DNA from: a virus
IMG/VR virus record: IMGVR_UViG_3300036792_000267
Coordinates: 87,378 to 151,377 of that record
Strand: one strand, 5' to 3'
Length of the DNA stretch: 64,000 bases
Positions 9,213-19,227 of this stretch are shown here, piece by piece. Each line of letters begins with the position of its first letter. The stretch's first letter is position 1. Made by a program: the position numbers and the translations under genes. The notes beneath the pieces were generated by a model. That model searched no databases, had not been told where the DNA came from, and saw only the letters and a list, made by a program, of their open reading frames with translations.

Positions 9213-10075
9213 TGGTCGCTGCCCCAGTCGGCGCGTTCTTCCCCAACGAATTGTGGTACTGGAACGGAAACCCCCTCAATCAACCATATTGGAACATCGC
9301 CACGTTCGGGGGAAGCAGGTTCGGCCTGCCCACGCTGCGCGGCCAGGACTACGCAGTGCCTTACCGGGCCGGCCAGAGCTGGCGGGCCAAGTACCCCGAT
9401 GAGCGCACCATCACGCTCACCATGTGGACTGACAGCCAGATGTCGGCTAGCCAGTCTTACCCGGCAGGCGACCCGCGCCGGGCGTTCAACGACAACTGGC
9501 AGCAGTTGCGCGGGATGTTCTTCACCCGCGGTTCCCAGGGCAGCGTGCAAGGCCAGCTCACCCGCAACTGGTTCCTGACGGTCAGCGGCTCGCCGGTCAT
9601 GGTCCAGTCCACCGCCATGGCGGAGATCGCCGGCTCGATGGACCCGACGATGAACGGGCGGCTGAGTGCCGCGTTCTCCGTTGACCTGCTGCTGAACGAC
9701 CCGTACTTCTACGGCGGCGCACGGAACCAGGCCACCTCCGGCGGCGGGGCGACTATTAACGCGCTGGGCGAGGGCGTGGTGGGCGAGGGCTACGCCAGCG
9801 CGGTCAACGCCTTCACGGTGAAGATCACGACACCTTGCACCGTCACCAACTCCACCGCCGGGGTGAGCTTCACCCACACCGGGGCGGGCGTGGTGTCGTG
9901 GCCGGTCACGGTCGACGTGCTGCGCTACACCGCCACAGATAACGTCGGCAACAACGTGGTCGGCGGGCTGAGCCATGTCGGCAGCCGGATGTGGATGTGC
10001 CTGCTCACCGGCTCGAATACGATCTCGGTCAGCGCCGGCACGGCCACGTTCAACTGGCACGACTGCTACGTCTGA
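9212..10075 (+). CDS. Minor tail protein (distal tail/Dit-like)
   Basis: Immediately after TMP with TGATG overlap; ERTITL...DPYFYG motifs typical of siphovirus Dit proteins. Confidence 0.75.
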   Translation: MVAAPVGAFFPNELWYWNGNPLNQPYWNIATFGGSRFGLPTLRGQDYAVPYRAGQSWRAKYPDERTITLTMWTDSQMSASQSYPAGDPRRAFNDNWQQLRGMFFTRGSQGSVQGQLTRNWFLTVSGSPVMVQSTAMAEIAGSMDPTMNGRLSAAFSVDLLLNDPYFYGGARNQATSGGGATINALGEGVVGEGYASAVNAFTVKITTPCTVTNSTAGVSFTHTGAGVVSWPVTVDVLRYTATDNVGNNVVGGLSHVGSRMWMCLLTGSNTISVSAGTATFNWHDCYV

Positions 10076-10134
10076 CCAGCGTCCGATTACACCGCCCGAG
10101 AGTCCCCGCGAGGGCCGAGGGAGGTGCAGCTGCG

Positions 10135-11049
10135 GTGGTGCAGTGGCGTTATTACTCGAACGTAGCCGTGCAGGACACCACCGCCGCGGCGCTGTCCACC
10201 TCGGCCACCTCGATTGTCACCGGCTCCGGTGCCCCGCAGGGCTACCCGACCAGCTTCCCGTTCACGCTGTCGCTTGAACCCGGGACCGCCAACTTCGAGC
10301 TTGTCAGTGTCACCGCCGGCGCGGGCACCAGCGCCACCCCGTGGACGGTGACGCGCGGCTATGACGGCACCCTGGGCCGGACGCACGCGGCGGGCGTTAA
10401 CCTGGTGCACAGCTGGAGCGCGGGTGACCTGACCGAGGCCGCCCAGCACTACGCGATGGGCTCGGGCAGCGGGGTGCACGGCCTGCCGGCGTCGGCGTGG
10501 GCGGGCAACGCGGCGGTCACCCTCAACGAGACCACGCTGGCCAACTCGACCACCAACGTCATCTCCTGGTCAGGCCTCCCGGCCACCTACCAGCACCTGC
10601 TCATCCTGGTGCAGGCCCGGCTGACCGAGACCACCGCGCTGACCGACGACATCTCGCTGACGTTCAACGGCGACACCGGCGCGCACTACAGCTCGCTCAC
10701 CATGTCGGCGACCAACACCTCCGGCTCGCTGGTGGGCCCGGCCGCGGCCACCGCGTTCGCCACGGCAAACATCCCCGCCTTCCGGGTGGCCGCCAGCCAG
10801 GGCGGGGCGCCGGCCAACGCCGGGTCGGGCTTCGCGTGGGTGCCCAACTACGCCAGCGCGGCCTTCAACAAGAACGTCCTCGCCTTCAGCGGGGCAGGCA
10901 ACGGCACCTCCGCCATGGTTGACGGGCGGCTGCGCTGGGGTTTCTGGAACCCGTCGGCGCAGGCTGCGGTCACCGCCGTGTCGCTCACCGCCCCGGCCGG
11001 GTCCAACTTCCTGACCGGCAGCACCTTCGCCATCTACGGAGTCGGCTGA
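10135..11049 (+). CDS. Minor tail/virion protein
   Basis: GGAGGT SD before GTG 10135; Thr/Ser/Gly-rich beta protein with VTRGYDGT and YQHLLILVQAR...FAIYG segments seen in phage tail proteins. Confidence 0.7.
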   Translation: MVQWRYYSNVAVQDTTAAALSTSATSIVTGSGAPQGYPTSFPFTLSLEPGTANFELVSVTAGAGTSATPWTVTRGYDGTLGRTHAAGVNLVHSWSAGDLTEAAQHYAMGSGSGVHGLPASAWAGNAAVTLNETTLANSTTNVISWSGLPATYQHLLILVQARLTETTALTDDISLTFNGDTGAHYSSLTMSATNTSGSLVGPAAATAFATANIPAFRVAASQGGAPANAGSGFAWVPNYASAAFNKNVLAFSGAGNGTSAMVDGRLRWGFWNPSAQAAVTAVSLTAPAGSNFLTGSTFAIYGVG

Positions 11050-11252
11050 TGGCGACGGAGCGGATTGTCGACCTGGAGCGCCAGCGGTACGCCGACCGCG
11101 AGTTCGAGGGCCCGCTGCCTGTGTCCGGGTCCCTGGAGGAGGCGCAACGGGCGAGCCGGCAGCGCCTTGCCCTGGCCAGGCTGCGTGCCAGCGCGGCTCA
11201 GCACCACGAGCTGGCCAGGGACATCCTCATCCTCCTGGGGCTGGACGAATGA
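11049..11252 (+). CDS. Hypothetical protein
   Basis: TGATG-coupled ORF in tail operon. Confidence 0.55.
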   Translation: MATERIVDLERQRYADREFEGPLPVSGSLEEAQRASRQRLALARLRASAAQHHELARDILILLGLDE

Positions 11253-11398
11253 GCGAGCCGGTGACCGTGACCGATTACGACGAGTGCCAGGTGACCGAGG
11301 GGCTTGAGCTGGGCCTGCAGGGCCGCGGCCTCGTTCCCTACCCGGCCGTTCCGGGGCCGCCCCCGCGCCCGGTGCCGAGCGAGGAGGAAGCGCAGTGA
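11249..11398 (+). CDS. Small hypothetical protein (49 aa)
   Basis: ATGA/GTGA overlaps with both neighbours; MSEPVTVTDYDECQVTEG... Confidence 0.45.
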   Translation: MSEPVTVTDYDECQVTEGLELGLQGRGLVPYPAVPGPPPRPVPSEEEAQ

Positions 11399-12030
11399 CG
11401 CACCGGGAGTTCGCGGCGGTACAGACGGGCCTGGTCATCCGCAAGTGGGACGCGAGCCAGACAGAGTGGGTTGTCCGCAGGGAGCGGGGGGACGCCGCCG
11501 TCGGCCTGATGCGTGCCGGCCGCAACGTCAGTGTCTCGCCGGAGACATTCGCGCGCTACAGCGTGGAGCCGTATGAGACCTGGCAGCAGGAGAACGTCAA
11601 CAACATCCTGCAGGCCGGGTGGGTGGCGCTGCTCGGCGGCATCGCCGGCACGTCCATCACCACCAAGTACTCCGCCTCAGTCGGCCGCATCGGGGTGGGG
11701 GACTCCACCACGGCGGTCGCCTACACGCAGACCGACCTGCAGGCGAGCACCAACAAGTACTACCAGCTGGTCTCCGGCGCTCCCGCCATCTCCACCGGCA
11801 GCTCCCCGCCCACCCTGGTCTTCGCCGCCACGTTCGGCACCGGCAACGGCAACTTCGCGTGGAACGAGTTCATCACCGACGAGGGCACGGCGAGCAACGC
11901 CGGCCCGGTGGTGGCGGTCTGCCTCAACCGGGGCCAGGTCGCCATGGGCACCAAGGCCAGCGGCCAGACGTGGACGGCGACCGAGACCATCAGCTTCGGC
12001 TACCCGAGTGCTTCCGGCGTGGTCGTCTAG
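11395..12030 (+). CDS. Virion structural (minor tail) protein
   Basis: GAGGAGG SD; IGVGDS...FAWNEF...LNR...GTKASGQTW motif common in phage virion proteins. Confidence 0.7.
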   Translation: MTHREFAAVQTGLVIRKWDASQTEWVVRRERGDAAVGLMRAGRNVSVSPETFARYSVEPYETWQQENVNNILQAGWVALLGGIAGTSITTKYSASVGRIGVGDSTTAVAYTQTDLQASTNKYYQLVSGAPAISTGSSPPTLVFAATFGTGNGNFAWNEFITDEGTASNAGPVVAVCLNRGQVAMGTKASGQTWTATETISFGYPSASGVVV

Positions 12031-12077
12031 CTCCCCCCGGGCTGCGCCTTACCGCGCCTGAAGGGAGGTAACCGCGG

Positions 12078-15000
12078 GTGGCTCCCTCAGTCGTTCAGGC
12101 GCTGGCCGTTTCCAACTCCCTGACGGGCACGCTCGGCACGCCGACCACGGCAGGTAACTGCCTGGTCTACGTCATAATTACCGAGACCGGCACTAACGTC
12201 ACCATGACGGTGACGGGTGCCACCCTCGGCGGGTCGGCAGGAAACTTCGCGCAGGCGATCTCCAAGCAGTCAGGGTTCGCCAGCAGCGCCACCCAGTTCG
12301 TAGCCATCTGGGTTGACCGGAACTGCGCGGGCGGGCAGACGGCGGTGGCCGTCGCCGGGACCAACCTGAACATCGGCGCTGGTACTGACAACGGCTACGT
12401 CGTCCTGGAGATCGCTGGCCTGGACACCAGCAGCCCGGTGGACACCACGGCCCAGGCCAGCAACGCCGCCACTACGGGCACCGCCCTGTCCACCGGCTCG
12501 ACCGGCACCACGGCGCAGGCGTCTGAGATCGCGGTCGGCGGCCTGTCCGGCTTCAACTCCCTGTCCTCCTACACCAGCGGCTACACGACCAGCGGCATCT
12601 CCGGTGGATTCAACACCGCCGGGTACAAGGTCTTGTCCGCCACGGGTACCCAGTCCTTCGGGTGCAACCAGTCGGCCACCGGCCCGTGGGCCGCCGCCGT
12701 CATCACGCTGAAAGCCGCGTCCGGAACGGTCCCGGTAGCGCAGGCTGACGTCGCGGGCGCTGCTGACGTCCTGGGTGCCAGTGCCGCCGCGCCCATTGCC
12801 GACGTCGCGGGCGCGGCGGAATCGATTGTCATCACCGTCCCGGCTGCGGATACTGCGGGAGCTGCTGACGTCCTGGCCGCTAACGCAGCCGCGCCGCAGG
12901 CCGACGCGGCGGGCGCCGCGGACTCGGTGGTCATCGGGGTTCCCCCTGCTGACGCTGCGGGCGCCACGGACTCGGTGGCCATCTCCATCCCCGCCCCGCA
13001 GGCCGACGCGGCGGGCGCGGCCGACTCGCTTTCCGTCGCCGTCATCGCGCCGATGACGGATGCCGGCGGCGCGAAAGACGCCGCCGCTAACATCACCCCC
13101 ACGCCAGCCGACGCCGGCGGGGCGAAAGACGCCCTGACGGCTAACGCTGCCGTCCCGGCGAGGGATGCCGGCGGCGCAGCCGACGCCCTCGGCTACCTGG
13201 TGGGCGTCGCGCCGGGGGACGCGGCCGGCGCGACGGAAGCGGTGTCCGTTGTCGTCGGCATCACCGTGCGCGACGAGGCTGGCGCAGTTGACGCTACCGG
13301 GGTGGTGGGGGCGGGCACCGGGCCGACTGGCTTCGGGTCCGCCTTGCCGGCGTCGGTTCTCAACGCCTACACCGGGCCGGGCTACCAGGGCGGCCCGTCT
13401 GGTGCGGGGTCGATCGCCCCGAGCGCGCTGGGCAACGGCTGGGAGATCAACGTCCGGTCGGCGGCCGACTACACCACGCTGCTCGCGGTCATCCCCGGCT
13501 CGATGCTTGTGAACTGGCAGTTCGCCCGGATGCTCAACGACATCGGCTCGGGCACGGCGGTGCTCAACCAGGACGACCCGTGGTGGGAGCAGGTGACGCT
13601 GCCGGGCGGGCTGGCAACGGAGACGCTGCTTGACGACGAGTGCCTGTGGCAAGTGTGGAAAGACGGGGTGTGCCGCTTCGAGTTCTTCGGGGAGACCATC
13701 ACCGAGCAGCTGGTTGACGGCTCCGAGCAGCGCCAGGTCACCGTCACCGGGCCAGGCACGCTCACCTCGCTGAAGTGGGCCATGGTCGCCCCGCAGGGCT
13801 TCCCCGACATCGTGCTCAAGCTGGACGGCCTGCTGGACGCCTTCGATGAGGTCGACAACGCCGGCAACCCGGTGCTGGACACCAACATCTGGACCACGGC
13901 CTCGCCCGCCAGCGATGTCTACATCACGCCGATCGCGGTCATCTACAACTACCCGACCGGGGCCGGCTACGCGCTGTCCACGCTGTACCCGTCGGGCTCG
14001 CTCACCCTGTCCGCCACGCCGGGGACCACTTACCTGGGGGCCAGCCCGTACGACGCCACGGACACCCTCATCAGCGTGGAGATCTCGCCTATCGGGGTGA
14101 GCGGCAGTTCCACCGACACCACCACCCCGACCACTTACGGCACCGGGCTCGACGGGTCCGAGCTGACCCAGTTCTATATCCAGTCCAACTTCAACAGCAG
14201 CAACTACGCGATGATCGGCCTGTCCGCGACCGCCTTCTACGCCCAGCTGGGGTCCGGCGGCCAGGTGCAGACCAAGATCCTGCCTGCTTACGACACCCAG
14301 AGTCACGGCAACTGGATGATTACCGAGCAGGCCGGCTCGGGCGGCGGCCCCGGGACCTTCTACTTCTGGACGTCGACTGACGGCCAGAACTGGGTCCTCC
14401 AGTGGCAGGTAGTGCACAGCTGGGACGCCACCAACGTGACGTTCTTCGTCACTGCCACCTACTCCACGGCAGGCAAGCAGACAGTTCAGATTTCCAACCT
14501 GAACTCTAACGTCACCACCCCGAGCTACCAGGGCTCGATCTACCTGGGCGAGCCCATGATGGGGGTCTGGCTCGACCAGTTCAGCCAGGCGCAGCGGCGC
14601 GGCACCATCCCGTTCGTCACCTCCACCGTCACCGCCGCCGCCGACAGCTTCGGCCGGGCGTGGAACGACACCGAGAACGTGCAGGCCACCAACGGCACTG
14701 ACCTGTACTCGTTCCTCCAGGGCGCGACCGCGGTAGTCGACGCGGACTTCGTGATGAACCCCGGCTTCCAGCTTGTTGTGGGGGTGCCTGCCGCCGGCGA
14801 GGTCGCCGTTGGCGTGGACCGCTCGGGCTACCTCATCTTCCGCGAGGGCTATGACATCCAGGCCAGGCAGCGCACCCGCGCGCGTGACCAGATCGCCACC
14901 CTCATCGGCGGGGAGAACAGCGACGGCCACGAGATCTCGGCTTACAGCCCGGCGTTCATCACCGAGTGGGGGCAGCGCGAGGCGTGGTTCCAGACCTCGG

Positions 15001-17504
15001 CCCAGGTCGACCCGGTCTCGATGGCCTACGCCACCGCCGCCAGCCTCGCGGAGAACGAGACCGAGGTGGTCAGCTGGACGTTCCAGTTGCTGCCCAACGT
15101 GCCGGGCAAGACGGTCTTCGACAACTTCGACGTCGGCGACTGGGTGGGGCTAGAGCGCCCCGATTTCTCTGCCGTCGACACGGTGCGCGTGGTCGGCATC
15201 GCGGTGCAGTGCGACAGCTCCGGCGCCGAGACGCACGAGCTGACCTTCCAGAGCTACATCCAGTGGCTCGCCGAGCAGCTCACCTACCTGGCCAACAAGC
15301 TGGGCGGCGCGTTCGTCAACACCCTGGGCACTACGCCGGTCGCCCCGTCCAAGTACGGCACTGGCCAGGTCCCCACCTACTTCACCCCGGCCGCCACGCT
15401 GTCCGGCCTCGCCGACGTGTCCTCCACGGCGGGCACCGCCCAGGGCACCGCGCCGCTGGTCTACAACCCGGCCACCGGCCAGTACCAGCACGCCGGCTCC
15501 ACCGACCCGGTGACCGGGCAGACGATCCCGGTCACGGTGGCCACCCCGTCAGGCTCGGCCACCCTGGGCGACACCTCCGTGGTGGTCAACACCGGCAACG
15601 GCTCGACCACGGTGGGCCTGCAGGGCGACGGCACGGTGGCCACCGTCGCCACCGGGGGGTCCGCGCCGAGTGTGCCTGACGTGCCGGCCGTGGCCGGCAT
15701 CGTGCAGGGCCTGGTGGTGAGCTGGGACGGCCTGCTGTCTGGCGCGCTGCCGCTGTCCAGCTTCTCCCACGTGGCTGTTTACGTCGGCACCACCAGCGGG
15801 TTCACCCCGTCCACATCCAACCAGGCTGGCTCGCTCAGCCAGGCGGGCGCGCTGAGCGTCGGGAACCTGACCGCCGGGTCCACCTACTACGTGAAGCTGG
15901 CCGCGCTCAGCAACTCGGGTGTCTCCTCGCCCCCCACCACCGGGATTACCGGCGTGCCCGGCACGGTGCCGACCTCGCTGCTCACCGGCCAGCTGCCGGC
16001 CAGCCTGCTGGGCAACAGCGCCGGCAACGCGCTCAACCCCAACCCGTACTTCAACGGCGGGGACCTGACCGGGTGGTTCGTCACCAACGGCACGGTGAGC
16101 GCCGCCGCGCCGCCGTCGGGAGCGCCGGGCGGCGCCCAGTTCGCAGCCCAGGTCTCCTCCACGTCCGCGAACTGCCTGCTGTCAGGTTCGCCTGACCCGT
16201 TCCCGGTCACGCCCGGCCAGCCGTACGTGATGACGGCCTGGGTCTACAACCCGGGCGGGACGTCGACCACGGTGGCCATCGGCTTCAACTGGGCGTCGGG
16301 CACCACCACGGTCAGCGTCGCGCCGGGCACGTGGGTGCCGCTCACCACCGTGCAGACCTGTCCGGGCGGGGTGACCAGCGCCTACCAGGTCATCGGCCCC
16401 ACGGTTTCCGGCAAGACCATCTGGATACTGGGAGCCGTTGCCGCGGGCCAGGTGCCCGGCCAGCTCATCGCGGCGAACTCGGTGGCCGCGCAGCAGATCG
16501 CGGCGAACACCATCACCGCCGCGCAGATCGCCGCCAACACCATCACCGCAGCGCAGATCGCGGCGAACACCATCACCGCCAGCCAGATCGCCGCATCGAC
16601 CATCACCGCAGCGCAGATCCTGGCATCGACCATCACCGCCAGCCAGATCGCGGCAGGCACCATCACCGCTGCCCAGATCGCAGCGAACACCATCACCGCC
16701 AGCCAGATCGCGGCGGGCACGGTCACCGCCACCCAGATTGCGGCGGGCATCGTGCTGGCCGGGGTGGTGAACGGCACCACCATCACGGGCTCCCAGTTTG
16801 TCGCCTTCGGGAGCACCGGCGAGATCCTCGTTTACGCAGGCACGCCGGCATCAGGCAACCTCATCATGAGCGTGTCCGCCAACGCCGGCTCGGATGGCTT
16901 CTCGAACCCGTATAGCGCCGGCGTCTACGTCTACAACTCCAGTGGCGGCGCGATCGGCCTCACGGCGGCGGCCAACACCGCGCTGCAGCTGACGCCCGGC
17001 GTCACCCCGGCGGCGGTGACGGGCACCGCGCAGCTGTTCGCTAACTCCGGCGGACACGCCGTCGTGCAGGACGGCGGGGACGCCCAGGCCTACCAGATTC
17101 AGCGTCGCTCGCTGGTCGCCGGCTCTAACTCGGGGGCGCTGACTACCCCGTCCACTGTCTTCTCCACCATCTTCGGGCCGGCGCAGTACCGGGTGCACGG
17201 CCAGTGGTACGTCAACGCGACGTCCGGCGCGGTGTTCATGTGCAAGGTGATCGGCTCGGGGACCCTCGCCGGCATCGTCGGCGTCACCATCGCGGAAGGC
17301 GGCTCGTTTTCAGCCTGCGTGACAGGCGGCCCCAACTCCAACATCGTCATTGCCGCCACGCTGGGCACGGCCACCTACCTGGTCACCCTGGACGGGGTGT
17401 TCGGCCAGACGGTCACCGGCCTGGTGGACTTCCAGGCCGGGTCTAACACCGGGACCAGCCTGGTGGTGGCCCAGTACTCATTCCTGGAAGTGATGCCTGT
17501 CTAG
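12078..17504 (+). CDS. Large minor tail/tail-tip protein with repeat regions, FN3-like and carbohydrate-binding-like domains
   Basis: 1808 aa; ADxAGAxD repeats; LNDIGSG...FDVGDWV tail-hub-like core; YYVKLAA FN3-like; NPYF..W CBM-like; QIAANTITA repeats. Confidence 0.8.
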   Translation: MAPSVVQALAVSNSLTGTLGTPTTAGNCLVYVIITETGTNVTMTVTGATLGGSAGNFAQAISKQSGFASSATQFVAIWVDRNCAGGQTAVAVAGTNLNIGAGTDNGYVVLEIAGLDTSSPVDTTAQASNAATTGTALSTGSTGTTAQASEIAVGGLSGFNSLSSYTSGYTTSGISGGFNTAGYKVLSATGTQSFGCNQSATGPWAAAVITLKAASGTVPVAQADVAGAADVLGASAAAPIADVAGAAESIVITVPAADTAGAADVLAANAAAPQADAAGAADSVVIGVPPADAAGATDSVAISIPAPQADAAGAADSLSVAVIAPMTDAGGAKDAAANITPTPADAGGAKDALTANAAVPARDAGGAADALGYLVGVAPGDAAGATEAVSVVVGITVRDEAGAVDATGVVGAGTGPTGFGSALPASVLNAYTGPGYQGGPSGAGSIAPSALGNGWEINVRSAADYTTLLAVIPGSMLVNWQFARMLNDIGSGTAVLNQDDPWWEQVTLPGGLATETLLDDECLWQVWKDGVCRFEFFGETITEQLVDGSEQRQVTVTGPGTLTSLKWAMVAPQGFPDIVLKLDGLLDAFDEVDNAGNPVLDTNIWTTASPASDVYITPIAVIYNYPTGAGYALSTLYPSGSLTLSATPGTTYLGASPYDATDTLISVEISPIGVSGSSTDTTTPTTYGTGLDGSELTQFYIQSNFNSSNYAMIGLSATAFYAQLGSGGQVQTKILPAYDTQSHGNWMITEQAGSGGGPGTFYFWTSTDGQNWVLQWQVVHSWDATNVTFFVTATYSTAGKQTVQISNLNSNVTTPSYQGSIYLGEPMMGVWLDQFSQAQRRGTIPFVTSTVTAAADSFGRAWNDTENVQATNGTDLYSFLQGATAVVDADFVMNPGFQLVVGVPAAGEVAVGVDRSGYLIFREGYDIQARQRTRARDQIATLIGGENSDGHEISAYSPAFITEWGQREAWFQTSAQVDPVSMAYATAASLAENETEVVSWTFQLLPNVPGKTVFDNFDVGDWVGLERPDFSAVDTVRVVGIAVQCDSSGAETHELTFQSYIQWLAEQLTYLANKLGGAFVNTLGTTPVAPSKYGTGQVPTYFTPAATLSGLADVSSTAGTAQGTAPLVYNPATGQYQHAGSTDPVTGQTIPVTVATPSGSATLGDTSVVVNTGNGSTTVGLQGDGTVATVATGGSAPSVPDVPAVAGIVQGLVVSWDGLLSGALPLSSFSHVAVYVGTTSGFTPSTSNQAGSLSQAGALSVGNLTAGSTYYVKLAALSNSGVSSPPTTGITGVPGTVPTSLLTGQLPASLLGNSAGNALNPNPYFNGGDLTGWFVTNGTVSAAAPPSGAPGGAQFAAQVSSTSANCLLSGSPDPFPVTPGQPYVMTAWVYNPGGTSTTVAIGFNWASGTTTVSVAPGTWVPLTTVQTCPGGVTSAYQVIGPTVSGKTIWILGAVAAGQVPGQLIAANSVAAQQIAANTITAAQIAANTITAAQIAANTITASQIAASTITAAQILASTITASQIAAGTITAAQIAANTITASQIAAGTVTATQIAAGIVLAGVVNGTTITGSQFVAFGSTGEILVYAGTPASGNLIMSVSANAGSDGFSNPYSAGVYVYNSSGGAIGLTAAANTALQLTPGVTPAAVTGTAQLFANSGGHAVVQDGGDAQAYQIQRRSLVAGSNSGALTTPSTVFSTIFGPAQYRVHGQWYVNATSGAVFMCKVIGSGTLAGIVGVTIAEGGSFSACVTGGPNSNIVIAATLGTATYLVTLDGVFGQTVTGLVDFQAGSNTGTSLVVAQYSFLEVMPV
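12738..13300 (+). repeat. ~20-aa ADxAGAxD coding repeats in tail protein
   Basis: About ten copies of (A/T)D(V/A/T)AG(A/G)(A/T/K)(D/E) at ~20-residue spacing. Confidence 0.75.
16460..16752 (+). repeat. 30-bp (10-aa) QIAANTITAA coding repeats
   Basis: About nine tandem CAGATCGCGGCGAACACCATCACCGCC-like units. Confidence 0.9.
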
Positions 17505-17528
17505 GGGCAGGCTGCCGATCACCCGGGC

Positions 17529-17822
17529 ATGACTGTCGGACGCCAGACCACCAGCAGCGAATACGACCAGCTCATTACCAGTGTCGCCGTGCAGGTGCGC
17601 AACGCCATGCGGGCCGCTGCCAACCTGTCTCAGCAGGTGAACGGCCAGGGAGCCGGGCTGGCAGCCCTGGAAGCCTCCGGGTACAACGCCGACGACGCGG
17701 CGACCGCGCTGTCCGCCATCGGCTACCTGAACACCCCGGCTCAGCTGTACTTCGGGGCAGCGACGCAGCCGTCTGCGTTTGACTTCGACCAGGAACTCAG
17801 CCAGTACTGGGGCGGGCAGTAG
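17529..17822 (+). CDS. Hypothetical protein (end of tail module)
   Basis: 97-aa ORF following tail-tip gene, phage-like codon use. Confidence 0.6.
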   Translation: MTVGRQTTSSEYDQLITSVAVQVRNAMRAAANLSQQVNGQGAGLAALEASGYNADDAATALSAIGYLNTPAQLYFGAATQPSAFDFDQELSQYWGGQ

Positions 17823-18438
17823 CCGGCTCGGCAGTCGCCCCGGAGTGGACCATCTGCTCCCACTCTGACAGGTTTTTCAGCAGCTCATCGACCTGGCCGC
17901 CGAGGCCGGCGCGCATGGTGCCCGCCAGCCCGGCGAGGAAGTCCGCCTGCTTGCGGGCCTCGGCGGTCGCCGAGTCGATGATGCGCGCCTTCTCGGCCGT
18001 GCCCTCCTCGGCAGCCTGGCGGAGGACGTCGGCGGCCTGCTGGCGGGCGTGCTCGGTCATCTGCCCGATGTCGCGGCGCGCGTCGGTGACGACGCGCCGG
18101 GCTTCCTCCTGCGCGTCGGCGACCAGCTGGTCGGCGTGCTGCTGGGCGACGGACAGGATGCTGATTGCCCGCTCGCCGTTCGCCGCGGCCGGGTGCGGCC
18201 CGGTGGTCCGGTTGCCGAGCAGCCCGGTCAGCCGCTTGATCTCGCGCAGGAACTCCTCGCGCTCGGTGTGCATGTCGTCCAGTGCCCGGTGCACCATCTC
18301 CAGCTCACTGCAGACTCGGGCGCGGAACGCCTCGACCTCGGCGGGCCGGTAACCGCCCAGTACCTGTGACGGGAAATGAGCCTGGCGCACCTCGTCGCCG
18401 GTAATCCTCGGGCCGCCGAGCAGGCTGGTCCCTCCCAT
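17797..18438 (-). CDS. DivIVA-domain coiled-coil protein
   Basis: ITGDEVRQAHF...GGYRPAEVEAFRARV matches the DivIVA N-terminal motif; ILSVAQQHADQLVADAQEEARR resembles the DivIVA/Wag31 coiled coil; GGAGGG SD upstream on the - strand. Confidence 0.75.
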   Translation of the reverse strand: MGGTSLLGGPRITGDEVRQAHFPSQVLGGYRPAEVEAFRARVCSELEMVHRALDDMHTEREEFLREIKRLTGLLGNRTTGPHPAAANGERAISILSVAQQHADQLVADAQEEARRVVTDARRDIGQMTEHARQQAADVLRQAAEEGTAEKARIIDSATAEARKQADFLAGLAGTMRAGLGGQVDELLKNLSEWEQMVHSGATAEPATARPSTG

Positions 18439-18525
18439 ATGTACGTCCCTCCCCTGCCTGCTGCAATTGCAGGCACAAGTCGGGAGGCTACACCTGTCAG
18501 ACGGTCCAGGTAGTTACTTGCCCTA

Positions 18526-19227
18526 ATGCAAGTACATGTACCTAAGCCGGTGACAGGCGACGATTGCCCGGCCATGACCTCCATCTCCGGCAGCGACGGC
18601 ATCCGCTGGCACCCTGTGTGCACGATCGAGAAGTACTCTGCTGACCAGGTGCGCTACGCCCGGGAGCGTGGCGAGCTGCCGTGGCTGAAGCAGTTCACCC
18701 TGCCCCCGCGGGCGGCGCTGTCCGGCGACCTGATGCGCATGCTGTTCCGCGAGCCCGAGGGCGGCACCGTCCGCGACGAGGGCAACGGCACGACGGTGAA
18801 TGGCACCGCCAACCTGGCGCTGCTGCTCACCGGTGCCGGCGGGCACCCGCTGGCACCGGGCCGGGCGGTGTTCGGGGTGGGCGGGGAGGACACCGAGTTC
18901 AGCCGCGAGCACGTGCACCTGAGCCCGGCCGGCGGCGAGGAGCCGGGCACCACCTGGTACCGGCCGATGGACCCCGGCTACCCGCTGGTTGTCCGGCCGG
19001 GGATCGTGGAGGGCCAGGCCACGTTCCTTGAGCACGAGGCCTGCTTCGAATGGCACGAGTGGTGCTGGGGGACCGGGCCGGGCAGGCCGGCGGCGCACCA
19101 CTCGCTGCGCGGTTGCTACGGCGGCGAGCAGCCGGTCATGATGAACCGCAAGGCTCACCCGGCCGGCTACGGGATGAAGGACCCGGGGGTGGCCTGGTGC
19201 TTCCGGACTGAAATTCACCTAAAGTGA
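18526..19227 (+). CDS. Diverged paralog of virion protein 11395-12030
   Basis: IEKYSADQVRYARERG vs IRKWDASQTEWVVRRERG; FGVGG vs IGVGD; FEWHEW vs FAWNEF; MNRK..GMK...W vs LNRG..GTK...W; start may be 18574. Confidence 0.65.
   Translation: MQVHVPKPVTGDDCPAMTSISGSDGIRWHPVCTIEKYSADQVRYARERGELPWLKQFTLPPRAALSGDLMRMLFREPEGGTVRDEGNGTTVNGTANLALLLTGAGGHPLAPGRAVFGVGGEDTEFSREHVHLSPAGGEEPGTTWYRPMDPGYPLVVRPGIVEGQATFLEHEACFEWHEWCWGTGPGRPAAHHSLRGCYGGEQPVMMNRKAHPAGYGMKDPGVAWCFRTEIHLK

Noticed and set aside
915-14930. Long - strand ORFs (915-2375, 6306-8744, 12270-14930 etc.)
   Set aside because: Shadow ORFs of GC-rich + strand genes
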